NCBI RefSeq assembly: GCF_006345805.1
Contig: NC_042997.1
Coordinates: 39,060,001-39,124,000 of the forward strand
Direction of reading: 5' to 3'
Source: Octopus sinensis
Taxonomy: Eukaryota
DNA: 64,000 bases
Part shown: piece by piece, positions 53,470-64,000 of the stretch
Layout of the letters: every line of letters begins with the position of its first letter
Position numbering within the stretch: the stretch's first letter is position 1
Made by a program: the position numbers and the translations under genes
Notes under the pieces: model-generated
The model's input: only the letters and a program-made list of their open reading frames with translations
The model's database searches: none
What the model was told of the DNA's origin: nothing

Positions 53470-53587
53470 ATCACACACACAAATATATATATACATAGTT
53501 TCAAAATTCATAACATGACATGCTTACAATTGACAGCTACAGTTTATGCGTTTTGTAAGTATGTGAGAGAGAGAGAGAGAGAGAGAG

Positions 53588-53629
<42 letters not shown>

Positions 53630-53702
53630 CGCGCACGAATTTCTGAGATGAAGAATTATAGTTATACTCTGATATATTTAAACTTTTGTCTTCATCCCAC
53701 TT

Positions 53703-53950
53703 GTGGAGGCGCGTGGCTTAGTGGTTAGGGTGTCAGCATCACGATCGTAAGATTGTGGTTTCGATTCCGGGCGACGAGCTGTGTTCTTGAGCAAAACACT
53801 TCATTTCACGTTGCTCCAGTCCACTCAGCTGGCAAAAATGAGTAACGCTGCGATGGACTGGCGTTCCGTCCAGCTGGGGAACACATACGCCATAGAAACC
53901 GGGCCCATGAGCCAGGTTAGGCTTTAAAAGGGCGCATTTATTTATTATTA
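53703..53950 (+). mobile_element. tRNA-derived SINE with CORE-like and V-domain-like boxes, 13-bp TSD
   Basis: A/B-box head; TGTGTTCTTGAGCAAAACACTT; CTGCGATGGACTGGCGTTCCGTCCAG; flanked by TTCATCCCA(C/G)TTG. Confidence 0.75.
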
Positions 53951-54053
53951 TTCATCCCAGTTGCTAAAGTCACAACGTTTCACCTGAAACTTTATGACTA
54001 TAGCAAGCATAATGAAGACAGCAGTTCGTATATACACGTACCAATGTATAATA

Positions 54054-55708
54054 CGAGGTACATTCAAGCATTTGAGACTTTTTCTTAGGAAAGACAGTGA
54101 TAAATGTTCTAAGCTATTGCAATTTTAGTATATCAATTTTACTATACATCTAATAAGTTGACCTGTCAACTTTTGTTATTTCAGATTGAAGGAGACTGCT
54201 GTAACAACTTGTGATTTTAGTTTTGATTACGTGATTTTGATTGTCTGGATTGCTGTAATATGCCTGCAGTGCGAATGCGCCGAGTTCTGTTCTGTTTGCA
54301 GACGACCTGTTCAGAGTTCTGTTCTGTTTGCAGAAGACATGTTCAGCGTTCTGTTCTGTTTGCAGAAGACATGTTCAGCGTTGATTTTAGTTAGTTGAGA
54401 ATGTAGCAACTTGCTGCATAAAAATGTTATTGCGTTGAAGTTTGGTTTTGCTTACAATTTTATCAATCTTTGTTTGTATTGTATACTCTTACTCTTTACT
54501 CTTTTACTTGTTTCAGTCATTTGACTGCGGCCATGCTGGAGCACCGCCTTTAGTCGAGCAAATCGACCCCGGGACTTATTCTTTGTAAACCCAGTAATTA
54601 TTCTATCGGTCTCTTTTGCTGAACTGCTAAGTGACGGGACGTAAACACACCAGCATCGGTTGTCAAGCAATGCTAGGGGGACAAACACAGACACACAAAC
54701 ACATACACACAGACATATATATATATATACATATATACGACAGGCTTCTTTCAGTTTCCGTCTACCAAATCCACTCACAAGGCCCGGGGCTATAGCAGAA
54801 GACACTTGCCCAAGATGCCACGCAGTGGGACTGAACCCGGAACCATGTGGTTGGTTAGCAAGCTACTTACCACACAGCCACTCCTGCGCCTATTGCTGTA
54901 TTTTTAGTCGATTAAAACCTTTTAAACTTTGATATTCGAGTTTGAGTTTATAACACAACTCTTTGAACACATCCTACTAAATACTGCTTGTTACAGCTGA
55001 CTAGTTTGCAATATGCAGTAGGGACGTTTGGGAGCTCGCTATTCAATAACATTTCGTGTTAAACTGGGTAAGAATGCTACAGAATCATGGAATACTCCAG
55101 ACTTCATACGGATTTACTTTCTCACTGGTATTAGAGGCTCAAGAACGGTAGAGAGGAGCTGAGAGACGATAAGAGATGTAAGAGGGAGAGGGATGTCATA
55201 ACATAAGAGATGGTTGGGAAAATTCGCAATTTTCAGGATGAAGGTCGTCGTGTGTCGTTAAAAACAATAAGCATACAGTCTGGAGTTGGTGTGGCGACTG
55301 TACAAAGAATTGTTCATGAAAATTTGAAAGGGCGCAAAATTTGTGCAAAGTTTATTCCCAGGGGGGTCAGTGACGAACGACCTGGTAACCAAATACTTGA
55401 CAGATAGAGGCATCAAAACTGTCCCTCGCCCTCCTTACAGCTCAGACCTTGCTTCCTGTGATTTTTGGTTGTTCCCCAAGCTGAAAAAGAACCTCAGAGT
55501 CAGTCATTTGATGATGAAGGAAGCTGTGACAAGGGTTCTGAACACGTTCACTTTGGATTACTTCCACGGGTCTTCAAGAAGTGGCTGGAGTGCGACAACA
55601 AGTGTATTGAAGTCAGAGGATTCTGACTTTGAAGGAGATTAGAGTCTCGTATTTATTTTTTTTTAAATAAATAAATGTTTCTCCTGAAAAAGTCTGGAAT
55701 GCGCCTTG
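54054..55708 (+). mobile_element. Decayed mariner element (irritans-like)
   Basis: Degenerate TIRs C(G/A)AGG..CATTC..AGACTTTTTC with TA on both sides. Transposase remnant about 55020-55640 with PRPPYSSDLASCDFWLFPKLKK. Confidence 0.82.
54487..54890 (-). mobile_element. SINE family B nested in mariner
   Basis: Consensus match. Confidence 0.9.
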
Positions 55709-57016
55709 TATATATTATTGATTTTTGTGATAATGAAAAGCACTTAGTATAATCGATACAGGTTCGGTCGTTATTATTGGTTTCATTTCCCAGATAGCGT
55801 TTGAGCGATAGCGCTTGAGCGATAGCGCTTGAGCGATAGCGCCCAAGCCTTTTTCTAAGATTATTAGTGATGAAAATAAAGCTAATCAGCTCCATAAATC
55901 ACTACAGCTTTGTCCGATTCAATTCACCGGGAGTTCATCATTTCTTCTACGATGCTCACTACTCAAACATGTTAATTCTATGATGTATAAAACTAAATTA
56001 AAATAAAATACGAAAATATGATTTTTAGTCATTGAATGTGTTGTCAGCTATGCAATCAAATTCGACGTCTTGGCAGGTGGGGACTCTATTAAACGTCAGG
56101 AACACCTTGTAATGTAGTAAAAGGTTTTTCATTTTGTTTTTATGAAGTTTTTAGCTGTCATGCCTTGTGAAACAAATTCTTATCGTATCTTTTCGTCCAA
56201 CATATCAATGATCGCTGAGACGATGTTATGACACACTGAAGTTTAAAATTCCACACAGAGTTACTTTCATATCCAAATATGCCATATTCCACGCACAAAA
56301 ACATTTTGCATTGTACGTTTTTGCTTTTTAGATTTAAGATTTTAATGGAATTTTGGTTGTTTATTTATTTAAAGTTTCAAACCTTTGTATCGTTGTAGTT
56401 ACACTGTTTCCTTTTAATTCCTGAACTCCCCACGTCATCATTAGATGAGACATACTCGGAGGAGTGAACGTTTGAATTTTATCGTGATAGTTCTAAAGGA
56501 TGTATGAAATAATAACAAGATACTATGTAAATGATTAATAACTCCATAACTTCTACATTTCATTCACTGTGAAGATAACATATGGCACACAAGGGCAAAT
56601 TGGTTAAAGAAGTAGTCTACTCAGTAAGGCTACAATTGTTGTTTTCATGATTAATCCTCCAACCACTATCTTAAACCAAGAGGTAAAACAGAAGATGTCC
56701 TTCTTTTGATGCTTGGCACAAGCATCTATCGAGTTCTTAACCAAAGGAGTGTGTGGAACCAAAAGACACAATTCTTTACTTTGGTGCTCACATTCCCCGA
56801 GCACCAGCATTGCATTCTCTAAGTATTACGGCTGTATCTTATTGCAAGATCGGGTGCATACTCTGAGCTACACATTCGGCCTATGTTTGTAGTCATTAAG
56901 AGAGTACTTGAGAACTGCTTTAAGGGGTCCTCTGCGTATATCATGTAATCGCCTTTGACGGAAAGTTATAAATTCGATTGCATTATTCTATCGTTTGGGT
57001 ATTTTACAAAGTAGAG

Positions 57017-57258
57017 GGTGGTGAGCTGGCGTAATTGTTAGCACGCCGGGCGAAATGCTTAGCGGTATTTCGTCTGCCATTACGTTCTGAGTTCAAATTC
57101 CGCCGAGGTCGACTTTGCCTTTCATCCTTTCGGGGTCGATTAAATAAGTACCAGTTACGCACTGGGGTTGATATAATCGACTTAATCCGTTTGTCTGTTC
57201 TTGTTTGTCCTCTCTGCGTTTAGCCCCTTCCTTGTGGGTAGTAAAGAAATAGGTATTT
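57017..57258 (+). mobile_element. SINE family C with 19-bp TSD (GGTATTTTACAAAGTAGAG)
   Basis: Consensus match; TSD at 56998-57016 and 57252-57270. Confidence 0.9.
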
Positions 57259-57354
57259 TACAAAGTAGAGATTACAAATAAATGCATGAAATTTTGATAC
57301 AATATAAAGAACATAATGGAAATTAATATGCCCAAGTCAAATTTTGCATCATCA

Positions 57355-57683
57355 CTACATCACATATGGAAAATGACATCGCTTAAATGGCAGCCATTTT
57401 CGGCTTCGGACATCCTTACTCTTTCCAAAACTTGCACCATAACACCTTCAAGAGTTCAGACCCCACTTCTTTGATTTCTCTATTGATGTTCTCCTCCATG
57501 CACAAGGGTCTCCGGTTTGTTGGCGTAAACTCTCTCTTTGAGATATCCCCCACAAGAAAAAATCCGGGCTAGTCAAGTCTGGGGAACATGACATTGTCAT
57601 AGCGGGAGATCATTCTCTCTCCAAAGTTAAGGAAGATATCAAAAATTGAAACCCATCAGTGTCTTTTGGGACACCCTTTTACA
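57355..57683 (-). mobile_element. Internally deleted Tc1/mariner-superfamily remnant
   Basis: SPDLTSPDFFLWG...ENGCHLSD C-terminus; TIR-like end AAAGGGTGTCCCAAAAGACAC. Confidence 0.7.
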
Positions 57684-58191
57684 TACATACTGAAGAAACG
57701 AGCGTGTGAGACGGGGTAGTTGTGAACCAAACTGGAAGTTATGTTACAGACGGATAGACCTGAAGAATATTATCATAGCGGGTAGGATTAAACCTGTAGG
57801 ATCGACAGTAGTTTCATTTTAGGGACGAGAGGAAACAAGAATTCATAAATTTTTCTCTCATTTTGAAACCTCTATACACACCTTCATAATTTACCAAATG
57901 AATGGATGTAATTATTTACTGTTACCATCAGGGCGAACATTATTTTAATGTATGAAGTTAATTTCATCTTTCTCGAAGCTTTCTTTTTGTGATTCATACA
58001 TCAGAATCAACTGTTCATTAGTTAACTTGTCCCACAACATATAAGAGAGCCACTGGGCCGGCACTTAAGAGTATTTTTCTGTAGATAGATTGTTAGTCTA
58101 TTGTCATTAATATTGTCGACGATGACCACTACCTCCAGTTTTCTTGGATTCTGGATCTTACCTTATTTCTCTATATTTTTTTTTCACTATA

Positions 58192-58593
58192 TCTTTATAT
58201 ATAAAAGTGAAGTTGTGTGTCTGTCTCCTACGATTTAAATTCCTAACTACTCCCACATTTTGCGGTGCAGTTTAACCAAAACCGGGTATCTTATAGTCGT
58301 GATTCATATCGAGCCCTTCTGGGTATTATCGCGCGTCTACGATGAGTCTACGATTTTTTTTTTAAATTACCATCACTTTTTTTCCATTTTAATGCATTTT
58401 CTTCGCTATTATATAAGGGAAGTAACTCTCTAAAAATGTCTACGATGAATCAACGATTTTTAAAAAAATTTACCATAATTTTTTTTTTCCATTTTTAATG
58501 CATTTCTTTGCTATTTTTTGGCTATAACTCTCTAAAAATGCTTATATAGTTATTTCCCTTACAAACCCGAGCAACGCCGGGCGATACTGCTAG
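58192..58593 (+). mobile_element. Non-autonomous Helitron (family D)
   Basis: TC...CTAG termini, A|T target. Confidence 0.9.
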
Positions 58594-59602
58594 TCTCACA
58601 TAAAACTATTCACCCTTGAGTGACACAACGAACTCAAAAGCATATATTTCTCTTCTCTTCTCTCCAGTCTATCATTACCAAGCCTTATATCTTTACGCCC
58701 TCAAATATGAGTCCCTTTCTCTCCCCATCACTACATTTTACTTTTATCTCTTCATTTGTTTGCTTGCAGCTAAGGGAACAACACTTTCTCTGCCTTCTTC
58801 ACCCTCGGAGAAAAGGTAAAAATCCGAAATGTTAGATTCTTTGTACTTTATAGAAAATGAACTTACCTATGTCTTTGATGAAATCTTCCATTTGCCAAAA
58901 AAACACCAGGTTCTTTATTTCGACATCAGGGCAAAATGAGCCACTCAGGATAAAGCAAATCGTTAAAAAATGTAATTGAAAACTTGCAGCGATTCGAACA
59001 CATGAACCTTATTTCAGTATCAGATCCATTTAATCATTTCATTCTAAAATTTAACCATACTAGTCAAAAGTTTGACTAACACGACTGAAATGTAATATGT
59101 ATTCTATAGTTATCTTTAACTAGTACGTTCTATAGTCATTTTAAACTGACCAACCATATGGTGTTGCAAACATATTAATTTCCCTTATGTCCTTTATATT
59201 GTATAAAAATTTCATGCTTTTATTTGTAAAGTTAAGGAAGTTATCAAAAATTGAAAACCATCAGTGTCTTTTGGAACACCCTTTACATACATACAGATGT
59301 AGTGAAGTTCAGCATAATTTTTGCAACGACTGTATTTAATGACTTAAAAGACCAAAACTGGCGTAACGAATTTTAATGCTCGTTTATAATACTCGTTTAT
59401 AGTGTTCTAAAAAGCTATATCCTATCCTTTTAAATATACGTTCCATTCATTACGTATATACTAATAAATTGTAATATTGCATTTCGTGTACACAAAACCA
59501 CAGAATGGAGATATGTTCTTCATGTACTTCCAAATTCGGATATTTTACCAATACCATTTCCTGCAATAAAATCTCACAATTTTTTTTTGTTTCCTTTTTT
59601 TC

Positions 59603-59674
59603 CTATAACTCTCTAAAAATGCTTATATAGTTATTTCCTTTACAAACCCGAGCAACGCCGGGCGATACTGCTAG
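59603..59674 (+). mobile_element. Helitron family D, 3'-end-only fragment
   Basis: Hairpin plus CTAG. Confidence 0.85.
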
Positions 59675-60774
59675 TTAAATATAGTTATCAAAGAGACTTT
59701 TCTTGGGCAAATTTTCAGAATACAACTACATGTACGCATGCGTTTCTTTGAAACTTTTTAAAAATATATAAGTTCATTCCTATTTCCTTAAAATCAATAA
59801 ACCCAACGCAAAAGCGATGCATGGTTCCAGTATTTCTTGCAAATCCATATTGTGTTTACCAAATCTGGTAAAATGTTCACGAACCCTGTAAGATGCTTGG
59901 ATATCTATTTAAAATCCCTTCTGAATTTAAATGATCGAATAAATAAGAATGTCTGTTGTTTCTGACATAATCGCAATTGGAAGAAAAGCGAGCATTGATA
60001 GATTTTCCTACCGATCTCATTTTGAAACCTGTATTCATTTTTTGATAACTTCCACAGTAAATAGTAAAATTATTCACTTTTATCAGCAAGCCGTCAGATT
60101 CCACTCCTCAATAACAATACACATTTCAAGTTGATGAATAATTATTCCGTGTTATAAGTATGATTAATGCCGTAAGCGTTTTTCGAAGAGTTACAGCTGA
60201 TATAATTGCTAACAATGATTCAACGGAGTTCATGCCTATCTCGAGGGTAATATTGCCGTTGGCTACGAAGTTAAGGAGAACAATGGGAACTTGGTTCAAT
60301 TTAATACAGTTGCTAAGACACTCAACATTGCATTGAACAATGCCAAATACCTTCCCGCCAAATATTTGTTTATTGCTTGGGGCGCAAAATAAAAGAATAA
60401 GTCCCTGGAATAGATTGAAATCCTCAGTTTACTCGATACCTTGTTGCGCTAAACGTCTTTAACTTCTAGATTTATCTAGTTACTACAGAAATGGGTGCCT
60501 CCTTTCTCGTAACTGAAAAGGTGTCACCGATGATTTTTAAGTACTTAGTGCGAAAGAAATTGGCCAAAATAGGTTCGGAGTGTTGTGGTAAAGGGGGGGG
60601 ATTTTAAAAAACTCATAGAATTTCAAAAGTTTTTTTGTCATATAAAGCTATGCCCCATTATTTTCCCAAGGGTGTGGTAAAAAAAAAAAAGAAAGGAAGA
60701 AAGAATTAGAAAAAACCTCTTCGAAGTGGAGAAAATCCAACTTCTGAGGGCGTCCTCATTCGAAACTCTGTTCA

Positions 60775-61190
60775 TACATGCATGCATACATACATACATA
60801 CATACACACATACATACATACATACATACATACATAGATACATACATACATACATACATACATACATACATAATACATACACACATACATGCATACATAC
60901 ATACATACATACACACATACATACATACATACATACATACATACACACATACATACATACATACATACATACATACATAATACATACACACATACATACA
61001 TACATACATACATACATACATACACACATACATATATACATACATACATACATACATACATACATACATACATACTTGTGTATATGCATGTCTGTGTGTA
61101 TGTATGTATGTATGTATGTATGTATCTATATATGTATGTAGGTAGGTAGGTAGGTAGGTGTAAGCATGCAAAGATGGATGGATGGATGGA
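60775..61190. repeat. (CATA)n/(TATG)n/(TAGG)n/(GATG)n compound microsatellite
   Basis: Seen directly; explains the MYVC/HTYI ORFs. Confidence 0.95.
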
Positions 61191-61503
61191 TAGAAGAAAT
61201 TTTTTTCTTTCGTGAATAATTTCTAAATTTATGAACTACTAGAATTTATGAGTATATAAACAAATTGACTGCTTGTTTTTTTAGTATTGCTCAAGTTATG
61301 TACCTGCCTTTGAGATTCCAAGCAGGGTCGAAAATCGAGTAAATGTTATTCACCATGGAGAGACAGACAGACAGACAGACAGAGACCATTTTTTCAGCCT
61401 ACGGAGAAATACGTGAATTTTTCATGTTTATATATCTACTACGTAAGTTTATACATACATACATTGATAGATATATACATACCTACGTATATATGTGCAT
61501 ATG

Positions 61504-61589
<86 letters not shown>

Positions 61590-61590
<1 letters not shown>

Positions 61591-61665
61591 GGCGCAGGAG
61601 TGGCTGTGTGGTAAGTAGCTTGTTTACCAACCATATGGTTCCGGGTTCAGTCCCACTGTGTGGCG
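61590..61665 (+). mobile_element. SINE family B, 5' fragment after (TA)n
   Basis: Head match. Confidence 0.8.
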
Positions 61666-62099
61666 TCCCATTAGTAGTAAACCATTGATCTGACCTCTTT
61701 ATCCAAAACCACCTTGTGGTCTTTTCTGAATCTTCAGTAATGAAATTTATGGGCCCCTCCCCCTCTTCCCTACACCAGTAACTCCAAGTTCAGTCAGGGC
61801 TTTGCAGAAGAAAACCCGCACAAAACTTCTGCAGCCTGCTTCACTTTCCTCACACTGTACCTACCAACTCTGTTTTTCTACACAGCTCTATCAGCTCTTA
61901 GTATTTAGTAAACTTCCTTTCATGATATTCCTCCAAGAAATTCTTTTCAGAGTACAGTTAGTCCCCACATGATCACCTATTTGATGGGATTTGAGTAGAT
62001 TACATTGTTTGAGGGGAGTGTCTTTTGTACATGATCTGGAAACTTTGATTATTCCATAAGATCCACTCTCAGCTGCGACAGGTTGTGGAAAGTAGGCAT

Positions 62100-62545
62100 A
62101 ATGGTCGTTGAAGTTTCAGTAAACTGCACTTCTCTCCGAGAAAAGTGATGGCCTCTTTCCTTGGATGGTATTTACTGGACTAAATGTCTATCGATATACC
62201 CCTCTCCAATCACCTTGTGTACCTGATCATGTCGTCAGCATGAATATGGCGGAAGTTGTTCTCTGCACATTTTCACTGTTTATTGCTCTTGATCATCTGC
62301 CACATACAAAAACTATCTTCCCAGTTAGCCTTCCTTTGATATTGCTGCACCTCTTATGTGTCCATAGCTTACACTGGGTACATCTTAGAGAGTTTCTACC
62401 AACGCCTTTTCTACAGATCGAGCAGGGCCATCTACCTGAAGGGATTTGTGGTTTGCCTGCCTTCCTACTTATTAGGGCAACTGCTGAAGAGATGTTGAAG
62501 GAACCTTCTTTCAGTACAAAAGCGACAAGGTAGTACCTCACACTT
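62100..62545 (-). mobile_element. RTE-type LINE fragment with PHD-like Cys cluster
   Basis: SGRWPCSICRKGVGRNSLRCTQCKLWTHKRCSNIKGRL...FVCGR. Confidence 0.75.
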
Positions 62546-62599
62546 TCCCTACGTGTGAAGAATTGTTGGACTTAGTAAAGGGTTATAGACAGCCTAGAT

Positions 62600-63000
62600 G
62601 AGAAATCTGATGCACTGGATGCCAGCCCGCGAGAGATCTCACCTGCATATTGGCCTACCTTCAGGCTCCTTGTTGACAGATTCCCACCATCCTGCTAGCC
62701 CTTGCTTCCACTAGGCGTGAACGAACTTATTCTTGGAGGAGCCCTCTACCATAACCGTTCCTCTGCCACCTGCAACTGTTTAGCAGCACTCCACTTCCTA
62801 CCTGTGCAAACTTCAATGCCATCTTCTGCTACTTTGGTGTCCTTGGAATCTCTGTACTTCATGATTTCTTTCGTTTTTGATACAACAAACTCCTCTGGCC
62901 GGCCGCTGAACTGTAGTCGCAAGCTGTTGGTTGACCCCTGATCTGTCACCTCAGAGTTACATCCTATAATGATAGGGGCCACAAAGTCCTGAGCAGGATG
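62600..63000 (-). mobile_element. HERO-like (R2-superclade) non-LTR fragment
   Basis: EEF.V.K...M.YRDSKD..V...GIEVCTGRKWSA...AEERL, then SRMVGICQQGA. Confidence 0.7.
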
Positions 63001-63298
63001 ACATACTGGTGTACTTAAACTTGGAAGCGACCAGGCAATCTAGTGTTATCAACCTTAATGATTCAGCCAGTTCTCAAAGATTTTGCTGGTTCTGCAACTA
63101 GAAACTGTCCTTCAGGCTGCTGTCAGAGGGTTTCTCCTAACTCTTGACTGGTTGTTCTGTTAAAGTTAGGTTGGCAGAGTCAAATGTAAAACTTTTCCAC
63201 CACTTCCTTTTTTTTACAGTGCAAGAGGCCTTGACTTTGATGAATTGAAGCTTATCCTATATCCACATATGAGTATGTGTATATAATATTAATGTGCG

Positions 63299-63339
<41 letters not shown>

Positions 63340-63347
<8 letters not shown>

Positions 63348-63465
63348 CAGGGCAAGACTGCTAGGTAGTCGGCCGTATGCTAGAAATAGATCATCAACGA
63401 TCGATCGTTGATGATCTATTTCTAGCATACGGCCGACTACCTAGCAGTCTTGCCCTGCCAATATA
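63340..63465. repeat. 126-bp perfect palindrome with no spacer
   Basis: Centre between 63402 and 63403 (GATC|GATC). Confidence 0.97.
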
Positions 63466-63610
63466 CACATATATTAGAATTTTCTCTGATTTCTCAGATT
63501 TTTGTATGCTAGACTACTGGTTTTAAATTGATATTAAAATTAATATTAATTTATCTCCCTCATTATTTATATATATATATATATATATACATACATACAC
63601 ACACACAAAC

Positions 63611-63660
<50 letters not shown>

Positions 63661-63682
63661 CACATACACACAAACATGTATA

Positions 63683-63852
63683 TAGGCGCAGGCGTGGCTG
63701 TGTAGTAAGAGGCTTGCTCCCAACCACATGGTTCCGGGTTCAATACCACAGCGTGACACTTTCTACTATAGTATCGGACCGACCAAAGCCTCGTGAGTGG
63801 ATTTGGTAGACGGAAACTGAAAGAAGCCCGTTGTGTGTGTGTGTGTGTGTGT

Positions 63853-63888
<36 letters not shown>

Positions 63889-64000
63889 TGTGTGTGTGTG
63901 TGTGTTTGTCCCCCACCAATACCATCGACTGGTAACCGATGTGGTTAATTAGCGGTTCGGCAAAATCCCTGTAAATTAGCGGTTCGGCAAAATCCCCGAT
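63683..64000 (+). mobile_element. SINE family B, diverged, running off the window end
   Basis: Head and GGTAGACGGAAACTGAAAGAAGCCCG boxes. Confidence 0.82.

Noticed and set aside
60638-61171. 177-aa MYVC-repeat ORF and overlapping ORFs
   Set aside because: (CATA)n microsatellite read-through.

Overview
AT-rich, repeat-saturated, non-genic (intergenic or deep intronic) animal DNA. The tRNA-derived SINE families and the LINE/transposon mix point to an octopus genome; this is an inference from repeat recognition, not a database hit. I found no supportable host protein-coding exon, and nearly all listed ORFs are microsatellite or SINE read-through. The only cellular gene is a full-length U2 snRNA on the minus strand (about 45239-45428), with substitutions in normally invariant motifs. 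The rest is mobile DNA: about 35 SINE copies from several families; non-autonomous Helitrons plus an internally deleted Helitron carrying a PIF1 helicase fragment; decayed Tc1/mariner (DD37D, DD34D) and hAT transposons; MITEs; and LINE remnants (Penelope, Tx1, RTE, CR1, R4/Dong, HERO). The most unusual structures are several near-perfect inverted duplications (18.4-19.2 kb, 50.0-51.6 kb, 63.3-63.5 kb) and a strongly G-depleted duplicated segment at 48.6-50.0 kb.
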